Assembly (NCBI GenBank): GCA_937925925.1
Contig: CALANA010000114.1
Span: 185-64,184 of the forward strand
Reading direction: 5' to 3'
DNA length: 64,000 nt
Origin: an uncultured Chloroflexales bacterium
Lineage (GTDB): Bacteria > Chloroflexota > Chloroflexia > Chloroflexales > Chloroflexaceae
Shown: positions 26,645 through 35,492 of the stretch, piece by piece
Numbering within the stretch: position 1 is the stretch's first letter
Layout of the letters: each line of letters opens with the position of its first letter
Notes under the pieces: generated by a model
Databases searched by the model: none
What the model was told of the DNA's origin: nothing
The model's input: the letters and a program-made list of their open reading frames with translations, nothing else
Program-made: the position numbers and the translations under genes

Positions 26645-28561
26645 ATGTCAGCACCTACTCCCTCTTTAGCGATCACCGATCCGTTCTGCAATGTATCAGC
26701 CGAGCCACCCCGCGATACCTATCCTGAACATAGCAGCATCTCAGCCGCAGACATAGCGCTGTTGCGGCGCTTTGAGCCGATTGCCTGTTTTACCTACGGT
26801 GAGCAGTTTTATCCGATGGATGTGGATCGGTATCTGGCCGCATCACGGTTATGCCGCCAGCGTCCCAATGATATTGCCGAAGAACTGGTGCCACGGGGGG
26901 CTATCACCGATCAGTTGCTGACCCAGCCCCGTCGCGATGTGCCGGGAACCGTCTACTATTTAAGTTTTGCCGACTCGCTTAATCCAGCCCAGGTTCTTAA
27001 CTTCTATCGTAATTCGACCTTGCGTCACTTTCATGCTGGATCGGGGCGTCTGGCGCGTGTTGGTCTGACAGCGCGTCTGGCTGATCTGTTGTTCTCAATC
27101 ACCCTGCTTTTGCGCGGTAGGGTCCCAGGTGGTCTGGCGGCGGATGCAGCTCTGCGCTACCAGGCGCTTCAAGCAGAAGACGAGCGCTACTGCTACTATG
27201 GTCGCGTTGTGCGTGAAAACGGCTACGTGGCCTTACAGTACTGGTTCTTCTATGCGTTTAATGATTGGCGTTCGTCTTTCAATGGCTTTAACGATCACGA
27301 GTCGGACTGGGAAATGATAACGGTCTATGTGGTAGAAACCGCAGACGGTACGCCTGAACCGTGCTGGCTGGCCTATTCGTCGCACGAGTTTAAGGGCGAT
27401 GATCTGCGGCGGCGGTGGGATGATCCCAACATTGAGCGCCACGGTGAGCATCCCGTGATCTATGTTGGTGCCGGCTCGCATGCCAACTATTTCTATCGTG
27501 GCGAATATTTACCAGCGGCAGAGGTGCCTTACTCCGGCGGGTTACTGCGTGCCTGGCGGCGCGTCCAGCGGTTCTGGCGTATCACTCTGCGCCAGGGTGA
27601 CGAATATAGCGACTTACCCGATCTCGGTTTTTTTCGGATTCCATTTGTAGACTATGCTCGTGGCGATGGCCTATGTATTGGCCCCGGTCAGGCGTGTACC
27701 TGGAAACTGCACGTGTTGCAGACAACACCGGAACAACCTGCACCTGCCTGGGTAGACGGGTTTCGCGGCCTGTGGGGATTGTATACCCGCGATCCGGTTG
27801 CGGGAGAGGATGCACCCGCTGGCCCCAAATATAATCGGGATGGCACCGTTCGCAAGATGTGGTATGACCCGTTAGGTTGGGGCGGACTGGATAAGGTGCC
27901 TCCACCGCATCTGGTCGCTACGGTACTGGAGCGACAACGTCAACAACGGCTTGCCGAGCAACAAGAACTACAGCAGCACATCAGCCAGCTCACAGCGCAG
28001 TTAATGGGATTGGAAGTCGAAGCTGAAGCAATTCAAGGGTTCTCTCATTTACAACAACGTTCGGTTGATCTGCAACGCCAGATCCGCCATACCTGCGCTG
28101 AACTGGATACGCTTAAAGCCCGCTATGCCACCAACAATCAAGTGTTAGAAAGTTTTGATATGTATGCCCACCAGCTTGCCGAAGGGGTGCGCAGTGATCC
28201 ACGAGCACACCTGCGGTTGCCACAGGTACCATCCAGTCCCGCCGATCTACGGCTCGGTCGGCTGGCTGAAACCTGGAGCGCCTTGAGTATCGGATTGCTC
28301 CTCCTTGGTTTTGGGGGGATAACACTCTTCTTTGCCAGTGCGTGGGGCACGGGGTTGCTGGCGTTGCTGGGATTCTACTTCTTTATCGAAGCGCTCTTCC
28401 GCCGTCAGGTACAGACCCTGATACGCTATTTTGCGGTCGGCATGGCATTGCTCACCACGCTCGTGTTGCTGTATGAGTTTTTCTGGCCGGTAGTGGTGAC
28501 GCTGACTCTGCTGGCAGGTATCTTGATCATTGTGGAAAATGTGAGAGAATTACGTGTGTAA
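26645..28561 (+). CDS. Vps62/DUF946-like domain protein with coiled-coil and C-terminal TM helices
   Basis: RFEPIACFTYGEQFYPMDV, YYGRVV...ALQYWFFYAFN, NDHESDWEMITVYV and PVIYVGAGSHANYF resemble Vps62-family motifs. A Q/L-rich coiled coil is followed by 3-4 TM helices. Confidence 0.6.
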   Translation: MSAPTPSLAITDPFCNVSAEPPRDTYPEHSSISAADIALLRRFEPIACFTYGEQFYPMDVDRYLAASRLCRQRPNDIAEELVPRGAITDQLLTQPRRDVPGTVYYLSFADSLNPAQVLNFYRNSTLRHFHAGSGRLARVGLTARLADLLFSITLLLRGRVPGGLAADAALRYQALQAEDERYCYYGRVVRENGYVALQYWFFYAFNDWRSSFNGFNDHESDWEMITVYVVETADGTPEPCWLAYSSHEFKGDDLRRRWDDPNIERHGEHPVIYVGAGSHANYFYRGEYLPAAEVPYSGGLLRAWRRVQRFWRITLRQGDEYSDLPDLGFFRIPFVDYARGDGLCIGPGQACTWKLHVLQTTPEQPAPAWVDGFRGLWGLYTRDPVAGEDAPAGPKYNRDGTVRKMWYDPLGWGGLDKVPPPHLVATVLERQRQQRLAEQQELQQHISQLTAQLMGLEVEAEAIQGFSHLQQRSVDLQRQIRHTCAELDTLKARYATNNQVLESFDMYAHQLAEGVRSDPRAHLRLPQVPSSPADLRLGRLAETWSALSIGLLLLGFGGITLFFASAWGTGLLALLGFYFFIEALFRRQVQTLIRYFAVGMALLTTLVLLYEFFWPVVVTLTLLAGILIIVENVRELRV

Positions 28562-28774
28562 AAAGTTTCACTAGAAACTATTCCTCTTGACGAATGTACC
28601 GTAAGGTGCTATTGTACATATAGTTCTATATAACGTCATACCCATACCGTACCTATTCAGCCTGACGCGCTCAAACCACCGTTGCACACCATTGGACACC
28701 GCTGATGGGTGTTCTGTCTGGTATGTGCAAGTTTTTTCTAGATTGCAATCTCGATCTCTATGATTGCTTTATGG

Positions 28775-29186
28775 GCGGCTTATCCGTGAGGCACACAGAG
28801 CAGAGTTGTAGATATTGTCAGGCAATGATCAGCATGGGCATGGGTAGCAGTAGTACGTACAACACAGGTAGTACTGTTACAAGCCAGAGTCATAAACCTG
28901 GGGAGGTACGATGATGAACGAGGATAGAACTATTAGTAAGCGCGTCTGGATTGGTTCCTTGAGTGAGTATCCATTACGTTGCGAGGAACAGCGTAGCGAT
29001 CTGGCCTACCTTGCCAACTACTATGAAGATACAGGGATTAATGATGGCGCGCATGGTATATGCCACAGGCAGAAGGGTATGCTGTTTACGATAGCAGCGC
29101 TACAAGAGCGTAAACCAACACCCGATCTGTCTCCACTGAATTAAACAGGAAATGTTCCTTCTGCCCGTGCCTCACGGATAAGCCGC
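28775..29186. other. Low-GC cassette bounded by perfect 20-bp inverted repeats
   Basis: gcggcttatccgtgaggcac at 28775-28794 and its exact reverse complement at 29167-29186. Confidence 0.85.
28911..29144 (+). CDS. Small hypothetical protein (77 aa) inside the IR-bounded cassette
   Basis: GGGGAGG Shine-Dalgarno 5-6 nt upstream of the ATG. ATGA overlap with the upstream 69-aa Cys-rich ORF (28705-28914). No family recognised. Confidence 0.35.
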   Translation: MMNEDRTISKRVWIGSLSEYPLRCEEQRSDLAYLANYYEDTGINDGAHGICHRQKGMLFTIAALQERKPTPDLSPLN

Positions 29187-29192
29187 TTATAT

Positions 29193-29474
29193 TTAGATCG
29201 CTGGGCGCCGACGTGTTAAGAGGCCCACAATACTGGTGAATAGTGCAGAACCAATGATCGCCCAGATCAGTGGAAAGGTCTGGCCTTCGATCGTTATAGG
29301 GAACAACAAGGGTAATCCAAACCGGCTTGCCAGCCAGTATCCCACAAGTGCCCCAATAAACCCGACCACTATCGAAACAAATAATCCACCGAGTGAATAA
29401 CCAGCTAATGCCTGACCTACTGATCCCGCAATCGCAGCCACCAACAACAGTAAAATGAGACCGATCCAGGTCAT
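29193..29474 (-). CDS. GlsB/YeaQ/YmgE family (transglycosylase-associated) stress membrane protein
   Basis: 93 aa with Gly-rich TM helices. The MTWIGLILLLLVAAIAGSVGQAL... pattern is typical of the family. Confidence 0.85.
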   Translation of the reverse strand: MTWIGLILLLLVAAIAGSVGQALAGYSLGGLFVSIVVGFIGALVGYWLASRFGLPLLFPITIEGQTFPLIWAIIGSALFTSIVGLLTRRRPAI

Positions 29475-29650
29475 ACTATCACCTCCTTACGATTTGTCAG
29501 CAAAAGCTGCATAGCAATCTCTGTGCCATTCTAGCGGTACGTCAGGTCTAATCAAGCAAGACAGTTCCTCATTGCCAGTATGCATTGATTCTGGGCATCG
29601 CATCCCGCAGATATCTAGCTGTACCTGTTCACATTTGGGGGAAGCTCTGT

Positions 29651-29764
29651 GGTACGCATTCCCTTTTCTCCTGAGAGCGCAGGCATCTTGCCCGTGCATG
29701 CGCGACGGAGGGTGGGACGCCCGCGCTCCCAGGCGTGCGCGTTCCCCCGCGTGGGAACAGGCAC
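29651..29764. mobile_element. D-type element D3
   Basis: ggtacgcattcccttttctcctgagagcgcaggcatcttgcccgtgcatgcg...gggacgcccgcgctcccaggcgtgcgcgttcc...gggaacaggcac. Colinear with D1. Confidence 0.7.
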
Positions 29765-29929
29765 AGCTAGCTGTAGACTTGCAGACACACCACCTTAAGC
29801 TATAATGCATACTTCACATCCCACCTCGGCGTGTATTATGTTTCCAGATATCAGGCGCAACCAATATTTCTGCATATGACCATACGGCTAACTCTGGCTC
29901 GTCAACATTTTGGGCTGCAAGAGATCTGC

Positions 29930-30046
29930 GTAACCGTTCAGGGGACGTTCGCCAGCGGGGGTGGCGGGGGCCGCAGGCCCCCGCGCAACCCCGGGAACCT
30001 CCGGGCCGGGTCGTGCCCCGCCCAACCACCCCACTTGAACGGTTAC
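29930..30046. mobile_element. MITE-F copy F1, 8-bp TSD agatctgc
   Basis: TIRs gtaaccgttcag / ttgaacggttac. agatctgc at 29922-29929 and 30047-30054. Core gcgggggccgcaggcccccgc. Confidence 0.9.
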
Positions 30047-30105
30047 AGATCTGCTATCATGAACAAATGGTGACATCTCGATATACACCATATGAACGGT
30101 ATATA

Positions 30106-31038
30106 ATGCCTCATTTATTCAGTTCAATGACCATTGCGCACAAGAAACTGCTGAACCGTATTGTTATGGGAGCAGATGCAAGTGGTCTAGCTATGGCCGA
30201 TGGTTTTGTGAGCGATGCTCTGCTGAACTACTATGTGCGACGTGCACACGGTGGCGTGGGATTAATCGTGACCGAGCCAGTCCGTGTCGTACCGCCAGCC
30301 GCAAATGGCCCCTACGCGCACATCGGTCTCTATGATGATGCATTTGTGCCGCAACTGCGCTTTCTGGCACAGGCCGTCCATAGCAAAGGTACCCGGTTGA
30401 TCATTATGCTTGATGAACCATGTGCAGCGGCGGAGATGAATGCTCGCGAATTACATACGCTGGCTGAACGCTTTGTGCAGGCGGCATGGCGGGCGCTGGC
30501 TGCTGATTGTGATGGCGTTATGCTCTCTATGGCCGATGGTGGCGTGTTGCACACCATTATTTCACCGCACCTGAATCGGCGCTTTGATGTCTATGGCGGC
30601 ACGCTTACCGAACGCCTGCGTCTACCGCTGCAAATTATTGAGGGTATTCACGCCTGGCTTGGCAAACGCCTGATTATTGGGTTCCGGCTCATTGCCGATG
30701 ATTTCACCACCGATGGGATTACGCTGCATGATGCACGCGTCATTGCGCGCCGAGTGATTACAGCCGGAGTGAATCTGCTTGACGTAACCGTTGATGATCA
30801 TAACACCACTGTTCCGGTAGCCCGTTTCCCGGGTTGGACAGTTCCACTGGCCGACAGTATCAAGCGGGTCGTGCCCGAAGTTCCGGTTATGTGTTCGGGA
30901 TTGTTGGGCGAGCCTCATCTCGCTGATAGTGTCATCCGCGATGGTAGCGCTGATTTGATCATGCTACGGCAGACCTTGCGTACCTATCCGGATTGGCCAC
31001 AGACTGCCTATACCACCCTGGTATCCACAAGCACATAA
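30106..31038 (+). CDS. NADH:flavin oxidoreductase (Old Yellow Enzyme family)
   Basis: LFSSMTIAHKKLLNRIVMG and HGGVGLIVTE motifs. Start moved to the ATG at 30106, because the longer ORF begins inside a MITE. Confidence 0.8.
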   Translation: MPHLFSSMTIAHKKLLNRIVMGADASGLAMADGFVSDALLNYYVRRAHGGVGLIVTEPVRVVPPAANGPYAHIGLYDDAFVPQLRFLAQAVHSKGTRLIIMLDEPCAAAEMNARELHTLAERFVQAAWRALAADCDGVMLSMADGGVLHTIISPHLNRRFDVYGGTLTERLRLPLQIIEGIHAWLGKRLIIGFRLIADDFTTDGITLHDARVIARRVITAGVNLLDVTVDDHNTTVPVARFPGWTVPLADSIKRVVPEVPVMCSGLLGEPHLADSVIRDGSADLIMLRQTLRTYPDWPQTAYTTLVSTST

Positions 31039-31052
31039 CACTGTGGTGCCCA

Positions 31053-31180
31053 CCAGGACGTACGCAGTCACGTGAACCAGGCCTTTTTCGTCATAGGCGA
31101 AAATTTGGCCGAAAAGAAGGCAACGTATCGCTCTGCTGAAGGCGCAAAGGCGAGGTGACCAGACCACCGCGTAAGTCCTG
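31053..31180. mobile_element. MITE-B copy B8
   Basis: ccaggacgtacgcagtc...ggcctttttcgtcataggcgaaaatttggcc...cgctctgctgaaggcgcaaaggcga...accaccgcgtaagtcctg. Confidence 0.8.
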
Positions 31181-31316
31181 CTACAGAAAAACTGCGCCTG
31201 ACACGGGATAAGCGGCAAGCGCAGATCTGTTTGTTATTTCTTTTTTGAACGCTATCTTTTGCAGCCTGGTGGGGTGCGAGACCCTCAGGCGATATGTACC
31301 TCAAAGTCACGTATAG

Positions 31317-31865
31317 CTAATGCTGCTGTCCCAGCCGTCGTGCAGCCGTGGCAAAGGGGTAGACCGCGCCAAGCGTTGCCCCAAATACCATATGTGCAAT
31401 CAGGAATGGCAAGGTGCCATAGATTTCTGAGCCAGTGAGAGGAACTATCGTAAAGCGTGCAAGTAACCAGGTCAACAGGCCAAAAAGCAAGCCGAATATC
31501 ATTGCCAGGCCAGTGTCAAGGTTTGACCTGAAGAGCATACTATAGAACAAAGTGAAGAGAATGCCCAGACTGATCGATATACTAAAATGAATGATTGTAG
31601 CAACAATCACCGACACGATATTGAAATTTGTGCCAGCGTTTGCAGAGTAGGCGATGAAAGCACCCGCCACATCGTTAAATGGTGTCCATGTACCCCAACT
31701 ATGAATCCACACAACCACCATCGCAGTCAGGCCCATCGCGTAGGCGGCAATAATTCCCGATTGCAAGCCAATGATGATTCTGTCCTTAAAAGGTAGCATA
31801 TCATGGGTGTCAGCCGTAGGACGCGGTGCGGCCATGGTATTTCCCGACAGCATATCAGCACTCAT
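31317..31865 (-). CDS. Integral membrane protein, unknown function
   Basis: 182 aa with 4-5 hydrophobic helices. No motif recognised. Confidence 0.55.
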   Translation of the reverse strand: MSADMLSGNTMAAPRPTADTHDMLPFKDRIIIGLQSGIIAAYAMGLTAMVVVWIHSWGTWTPFNDVAGAFIAYSANAGTNFNIVSVIVATIIHFSISISLGILFTLFYSMLFRSNLDTGLAMIFGLLFGLLTWLLARFTIVPLTGSEIYGTLPFLIAHMVFGATLGAVYPFATAARRLGQQH

Positions 31866-32063
31866 ACATGAACCCCCTTAGATACATGAAGATTTACGTC
31901 ATACGCAAGTAGAGTGAACAAATTCCAACAGCAGGTCTCTTCCTTCCCACAATCGATCAAGAGATAGTTTTGAGATGAACTAATTATACCTCAACTTTCT
32001 TATTTTGCAAGCACCTTTTCAACCTTCTTTCCATACACTGCACACCATTCGCTGTCAAACTAG

Positions 32064-32177
32064 TGGTTGACCACCGTGATGTTGAGGGATACGTCGTAAC
32101 GACGTTCGTCGTTCCTGAGGCGTTCGTAACAACTGTCGTCGTTACTCCATGCTCTGCATATTTAGTGTGGCTGACCA
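32064..32177. mobile_element. MITE-E copy E2, 4-bp TSD ctag
   Basis: tggttgaccaccgtgatgttgagggatacgtcgtaacgac ... gtgtggctgacca. ctag at 32060-32063 and 32178-32181. The right TSD overlaps the first bases of MITE-A4. Confidence 0.85.
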
Positions 32178-32178
32178 C

Positions 32179-32294
32179 TAGCGCAAGCCTATCCCAATGT
32201 GTTACATTGGAGTCTCGGCTTCAGCCTGGACAGAGCGAGATCCCGGCGAAAGCCAGGAATCAGGTGTTTCATACCTGATGTAGGTTTGCTCTAT
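32179..32294. mobile_element. MITE-A copy A4
   Basis: tagcgcaagcctatcc...ggagtctcggcttcagcctggac...gatgtaggtttgctcta. Confidence 0.7.
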
Positions 32295-32315
32295 CTCCAA
32301 TAGGCAAACGATACC

Positions 32316-32433
32316 GTACCCGTTCAGCGGAACGTTCGCCAGCGGGGGATGCGGGGGCCTGCGGCCCCCGCGAAACCCTTAGAACCTCCTGGAGCGGCAC
32401 TGCTCCTCCAAACCAACCCCCCTGAACGGTTAC
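32316..32433. mobile_element. MITE-F copy F2, 9-bp TSD aacgatacc
   Basis: gtacccgttcag ... ctgaacggttac. aacgatacc at 32307-32315 and 32434-32442. Confidence 0.92.
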
Positions 32434-32576
32434 AACGATACCTGCATATCAGCAATTTCGCTGCTATCATTAGAACATGATCTCGCACGGACTATCATTT
32501 CTCTGTCAAAGAGGCAAATCGAAGAGGTCACGCTTCTTTGTTTCTAGAACTGAGTGCGTAACAACTATTCATTATG

Positions 32577-32692
32577 TATAGCAATTCTTCATGACATGAG
32601 TTGTGAAGACCGGAGTCCCGGCTCGACGCTGGGAGCGCTCCGCCCAGCGTCAAACCTGGATTACCGTTCACAATTGGAATAGGATTGCTATA
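32577..32692. mobile_element. MITE-A copy A5
   Basis: tatagcaattcttcatgacatgagttgtgaagaccggagtcc...ttcacaattggaataggattgctata. Confidence 0.85.
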
Positions 32693-32694
32693 AT
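32667..32694 (+). promoter_or_regulatory. MITE-A5-borne promoter-like site TTCACA-N16-TATAAT
   Basis: -35 at 32667-32672 and -10 at 32689-32694. No gene lies immediately downstream. Confidence 0.3.
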
Positions 32695-32924
32695 GTTGAA
32701 AGTTAAAATGTTTTTTGCTAGATTGTTGTCAATGTAACATATTCGCTCGCTAATGTCAATAGAAAGACGTAATACATATCCATTTGATAGCTATCTCTAA
32801 ATACATATATCTTCAAGAATCTATCTGAAACAATATATTTTTAGCTGTATTTTTGTTCACAATCTCTTTTTTTTATACAATACATCATTTTTATCTTCTG
32901 GCTGTATTTTTCTTCACAAGCATC

Positions 32925-33090
32925 TATGGCAATTCTATATGCGTGGTGAAGACCGGGAGTGCGGGTTTGAGCCGGGACGGAGCGTTCGCCCGGCTACAAG
33001 CCGGGACTCCAAGGCCCCAGGCGGTGGTGAAGACCGGGCGTGCGGGCTTGAGCCGGGACTCCAATGCACCATCGGTATAGGCTTGCTATA
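32925..33090. mobile_element. MITE-A copy A6 with internal duplication
   Basis: tatggcaattctatatgcgtggtgaagaccggg... The ggtggtgaagaccggg.gtgcggg.ttgagccgggac unit occurs twice. It ends in ggtataggcttgctata. Confidence 0.75.
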
Positions 33091-33195
33091 GCTATGGTGC
33101 CTGCGTATCGACCGCTCGATTGCGCACTTCACCAGGGTTTGTTATACTCACAAACGAGAATTTCCAGAACGTAGCGTATATCAGGAGCCGTTGAT

Positions 33196-34275
33196 ATGCC
33201 CAGGCTGCAAGAGAAAAAGAAGAAAATAGGGCGCAATGATCCATGCTGGTGTGGGAGTGGCAAGAAGTACAAAGATTGTCATTTTCCCATCGAGCAAACC
33301 CAACGTGCTGAAACCATGAAACTCCACCAGGCGCAAGATACCCTTTTTGCTCGGATCATCGAAGCTGTCCAGAATATGCCGGAACAGTTCCCCTCGGCGC
33401 TTGAGCAGTTCTGGGAGGGCAAATATACCGTCGAGCAGATGGCCGATCTCGATGATCTGGAGCAGCGTGGTGCCGAACGCTTTCTGACCTGGGTCGCTTT
33501 TGATTATCTGGGGGATCAAGCGCAGACCCTGGTTGAGCGGTTGGCTGCCTCCCTTGAATCTATGACCGACGCAATTGATGTCAGTGCTGCTGATGCCAGT
33601 ACGCTAGTGGTCGATCCGTTTGAGCAACGCCTGTTGCGGCAGTGGCAGCATGTCCGTCTTCAACCATATGTGAACGAAGCTATTTATGAAGGTCAGGGAC
33701 TGACGGTACGGAACCTGTTCACTGCCGAGATCTGTGAACTTGCCGATGCAGCCGCCTCCCGCCGGTTAGAAATTGGTGAAATTTTGCTGGGCCATCTGGT
33801 ACCGGTTGGTGGCAAGGCCATGATCACGCCTGCAGAAGGCATTGAGCCAGCCTATGGCCGTGATATTAGCGACGAGCCGACCTACTATCTGGCGGGAGCA
33901 GCAGCACATATCACCAGCGATACGACCGAGCAGTTACTGGAATTTGCCAGTCTGCACCTGGAGGATCTGCGCCGCACGCAACCAGCCGCCACCTGGCATG
34001 ATTTTGTGCGTCAGCGTAGTCATGTTTTGAACCACTTCGTTATGGCGCTCCCAGAAGTAGCCCCTGACCCGTCGATTTTGCAGCAGATCGTGATGCGGAC
34101 GCGTGTCGCGTTACAATTGACCGGCTCATCGTTGAGCCATCTGATTGGCCGCAATCAGCCCCCCGATGCTGATGCTGATGCTGCCCTGACAGATGAACCT
34201 GAAACAGACGCACCTGCTGACACAGGCCATGGTGCTGACTTGGAGCCAGACGTATCTGCCGCTTCCACGGAGTAG
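33196..34275 (+). CDS. SEC-C metal-binding motif protein
   Basis: N-terminal GRNDPCWCGSGKKYKDCH. Acidic C-terminal tail. Confidence 0.7.
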   Translation: MPRLQEKKKKIGRNDPCWCGSGKKYKDCHFPIEQTQRAETMKLHQAQDTLFARIIEAVQNMPEQFPSALEQFWEGKYTVEQMADLDDLEQRGAERFLTWVAFDYLGDQAQTLVERLAASLESMTDAIDVSAADASTLVVDPFEQRLLRQWQHVRLQPYVNEAIYEGQGLTVRNLFTAEICELADAAASRRLEIGEILLGHLVPVGGKAMITPAEGIEPAYGRDISDEPTYYLAGAAAHITSDTTEQLLEFASLHLEDLRRTQPAATWHDFVRQRSHVLNHFVMALPEVAPDPSILQQIVMRTRVALQLTGSSLSHLIGRNQPPDADADAALTDEPETDAPADTGHGADLEPDVSAASTE

Positions 34276-34277
34276 CA

Positions 34278-35477
34278 TCACGTTGTCATGGGACGGGAGC
34301 GGAGCAGGTGCAACAAAAACTGTGGTCGTAACAGCACCGACATATCAGTCATGCCAAAACAGGTCTGGATCAGTGCATCGACTACGGGCTGGCTGGATCT
34401 ATCGCCGCCAAAGATGCGGTTAAACAACGGCATATGGCCGGCCAGGTAATGTGCCAGGGTCATGATCTGAAACAACTGACGAAAGTGGGCATTCAATTGT
34501 TGCTCATACCGCTGAAGCCGGGCCAGGGTTGGCGTTCCTGTTCCCAGGACGGTGGTAATAACCTGAGCCGCGATCTGCCCTGATTCGAGTGCGTAGTCAA
34601 TGCCCTCGCCGGTGAAGGGATTGACCAGCCCGATGGCTTCACCAACGCCCAGCATACCCGGCCATCGTTTTTGCGCAGTCAAGAAATCAACGCGGATGGG
34701 ATAACTCTTCATCACTGCCACAGGTTGCGCCTCCCGCAGCACGCGCCTGAGTCGTGGATGCTGGCGCGTGAGTGCGTCCAGCGCGACCCGCGCTGAGACC
34801 GGCCAGCGGCCACTGTACCATACTCCGACATTGGCACTCTGTGGCCCGGTTGGAAAAAGCCAGGCATAGCCCGGCAGCGCCACCTGATTTAAATACAACT
34901 CAAGGTGTGGATCGAGCGGCGGGAGATGACGATAATAGCGTCGGGCTGCGACGCTGAACCGTGGTCGCTGTGGCAGCATACCGGATGCCTTCAGCAAGCC
35001 GGTTGAAGCACCTGTCGCCAGCACGACCAGCGCCGACCTGACGTCCTGATCATGAACCGTGACTCCAACCACACGGTTGTCAGTCAGGAGCAACCGCTGG
35101 GCATGCCCCACTCGGAACGTGGCCCCGCTGTCAATGGCATGTTGCTGAAGGATGTGATCAAACCGGTAACGCGGAATAACCAGCGTGCGATGTGGCAAAC
35201 CAGCCAGTCCGGTCACCGCTGTCTCGGCACACCCGCCATTGGGGGCATAGAGGCGAATGGCTGGTGCGTGATGAGCCTGGTGGTCAACCTGTTCCAGGAT
35301 GCCCATATGGTGCAAAATGGCCTGTGCCCGTGGGCTTAAACAGTCGCCACAGGTCTTATCGCGTGGAAATGTTGCCTTGTCAACCAGCAACACATCCATT
35401 CCGGCCCGCGCCAGGAAGCTGGCCGTCGCACTTCCGGCCGGCCCGGCCCCGACGACGATCACATCGTGTTGTTGCAT
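34278..35477 (-). CDS. Geranylgeranyl reductase family FAD-dependent oxidoreductase
   Basis: DVIVVGAGPAGSATASFLARAGMDVLLVDKATFPRDKTCGD N-terminus is typical of the family. Confidence 0.85.
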   Translation of the reverse strand: MQQHDVIVVGAGPAGSATASFLARAGMDVLLVDKATFPRDKTCGDCLSPRAQAILHHMGILEQVDHQAHHAPAIRLYAPNGGCAETAVTGLAGLPHRTLVIPRYRFDHILQQHAIDSGATFRVGHAQRLLLTDNRVVGVTVHDQDVRSALVVLATGASTGLLKASGMLPQRPRFSVAARRYYRHLPPLDPHLELYLNQVALPGYAWLFPTGPQSANVGVWYSGRWPVSARVALDALTRQHPRLRRVLREAQPVAVMKSYPIRVDFLTAQKRWPGMLGVGEAIGLVNPFTGEGIDYALESGQIAAQVITTVLGTGTPTLARLQRYEQQLNAHFRQLFQIMTLAHYLAGHMPLFNRIFGGDRSSQPVVDALIQTCFGMTDMSVLLRPQFLLHLLRSRPMTT

Positions 35478-35492
35478 GTCGTGCTCACTCCC

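Noticed and set aside
30013-30105. An N-terminal extension of the Old Yellow Enzyme ORF
   Set aside because: The ORF start lies inside MITE-F1. The conserved OYE N-terminus starts at the ATG at 30106.
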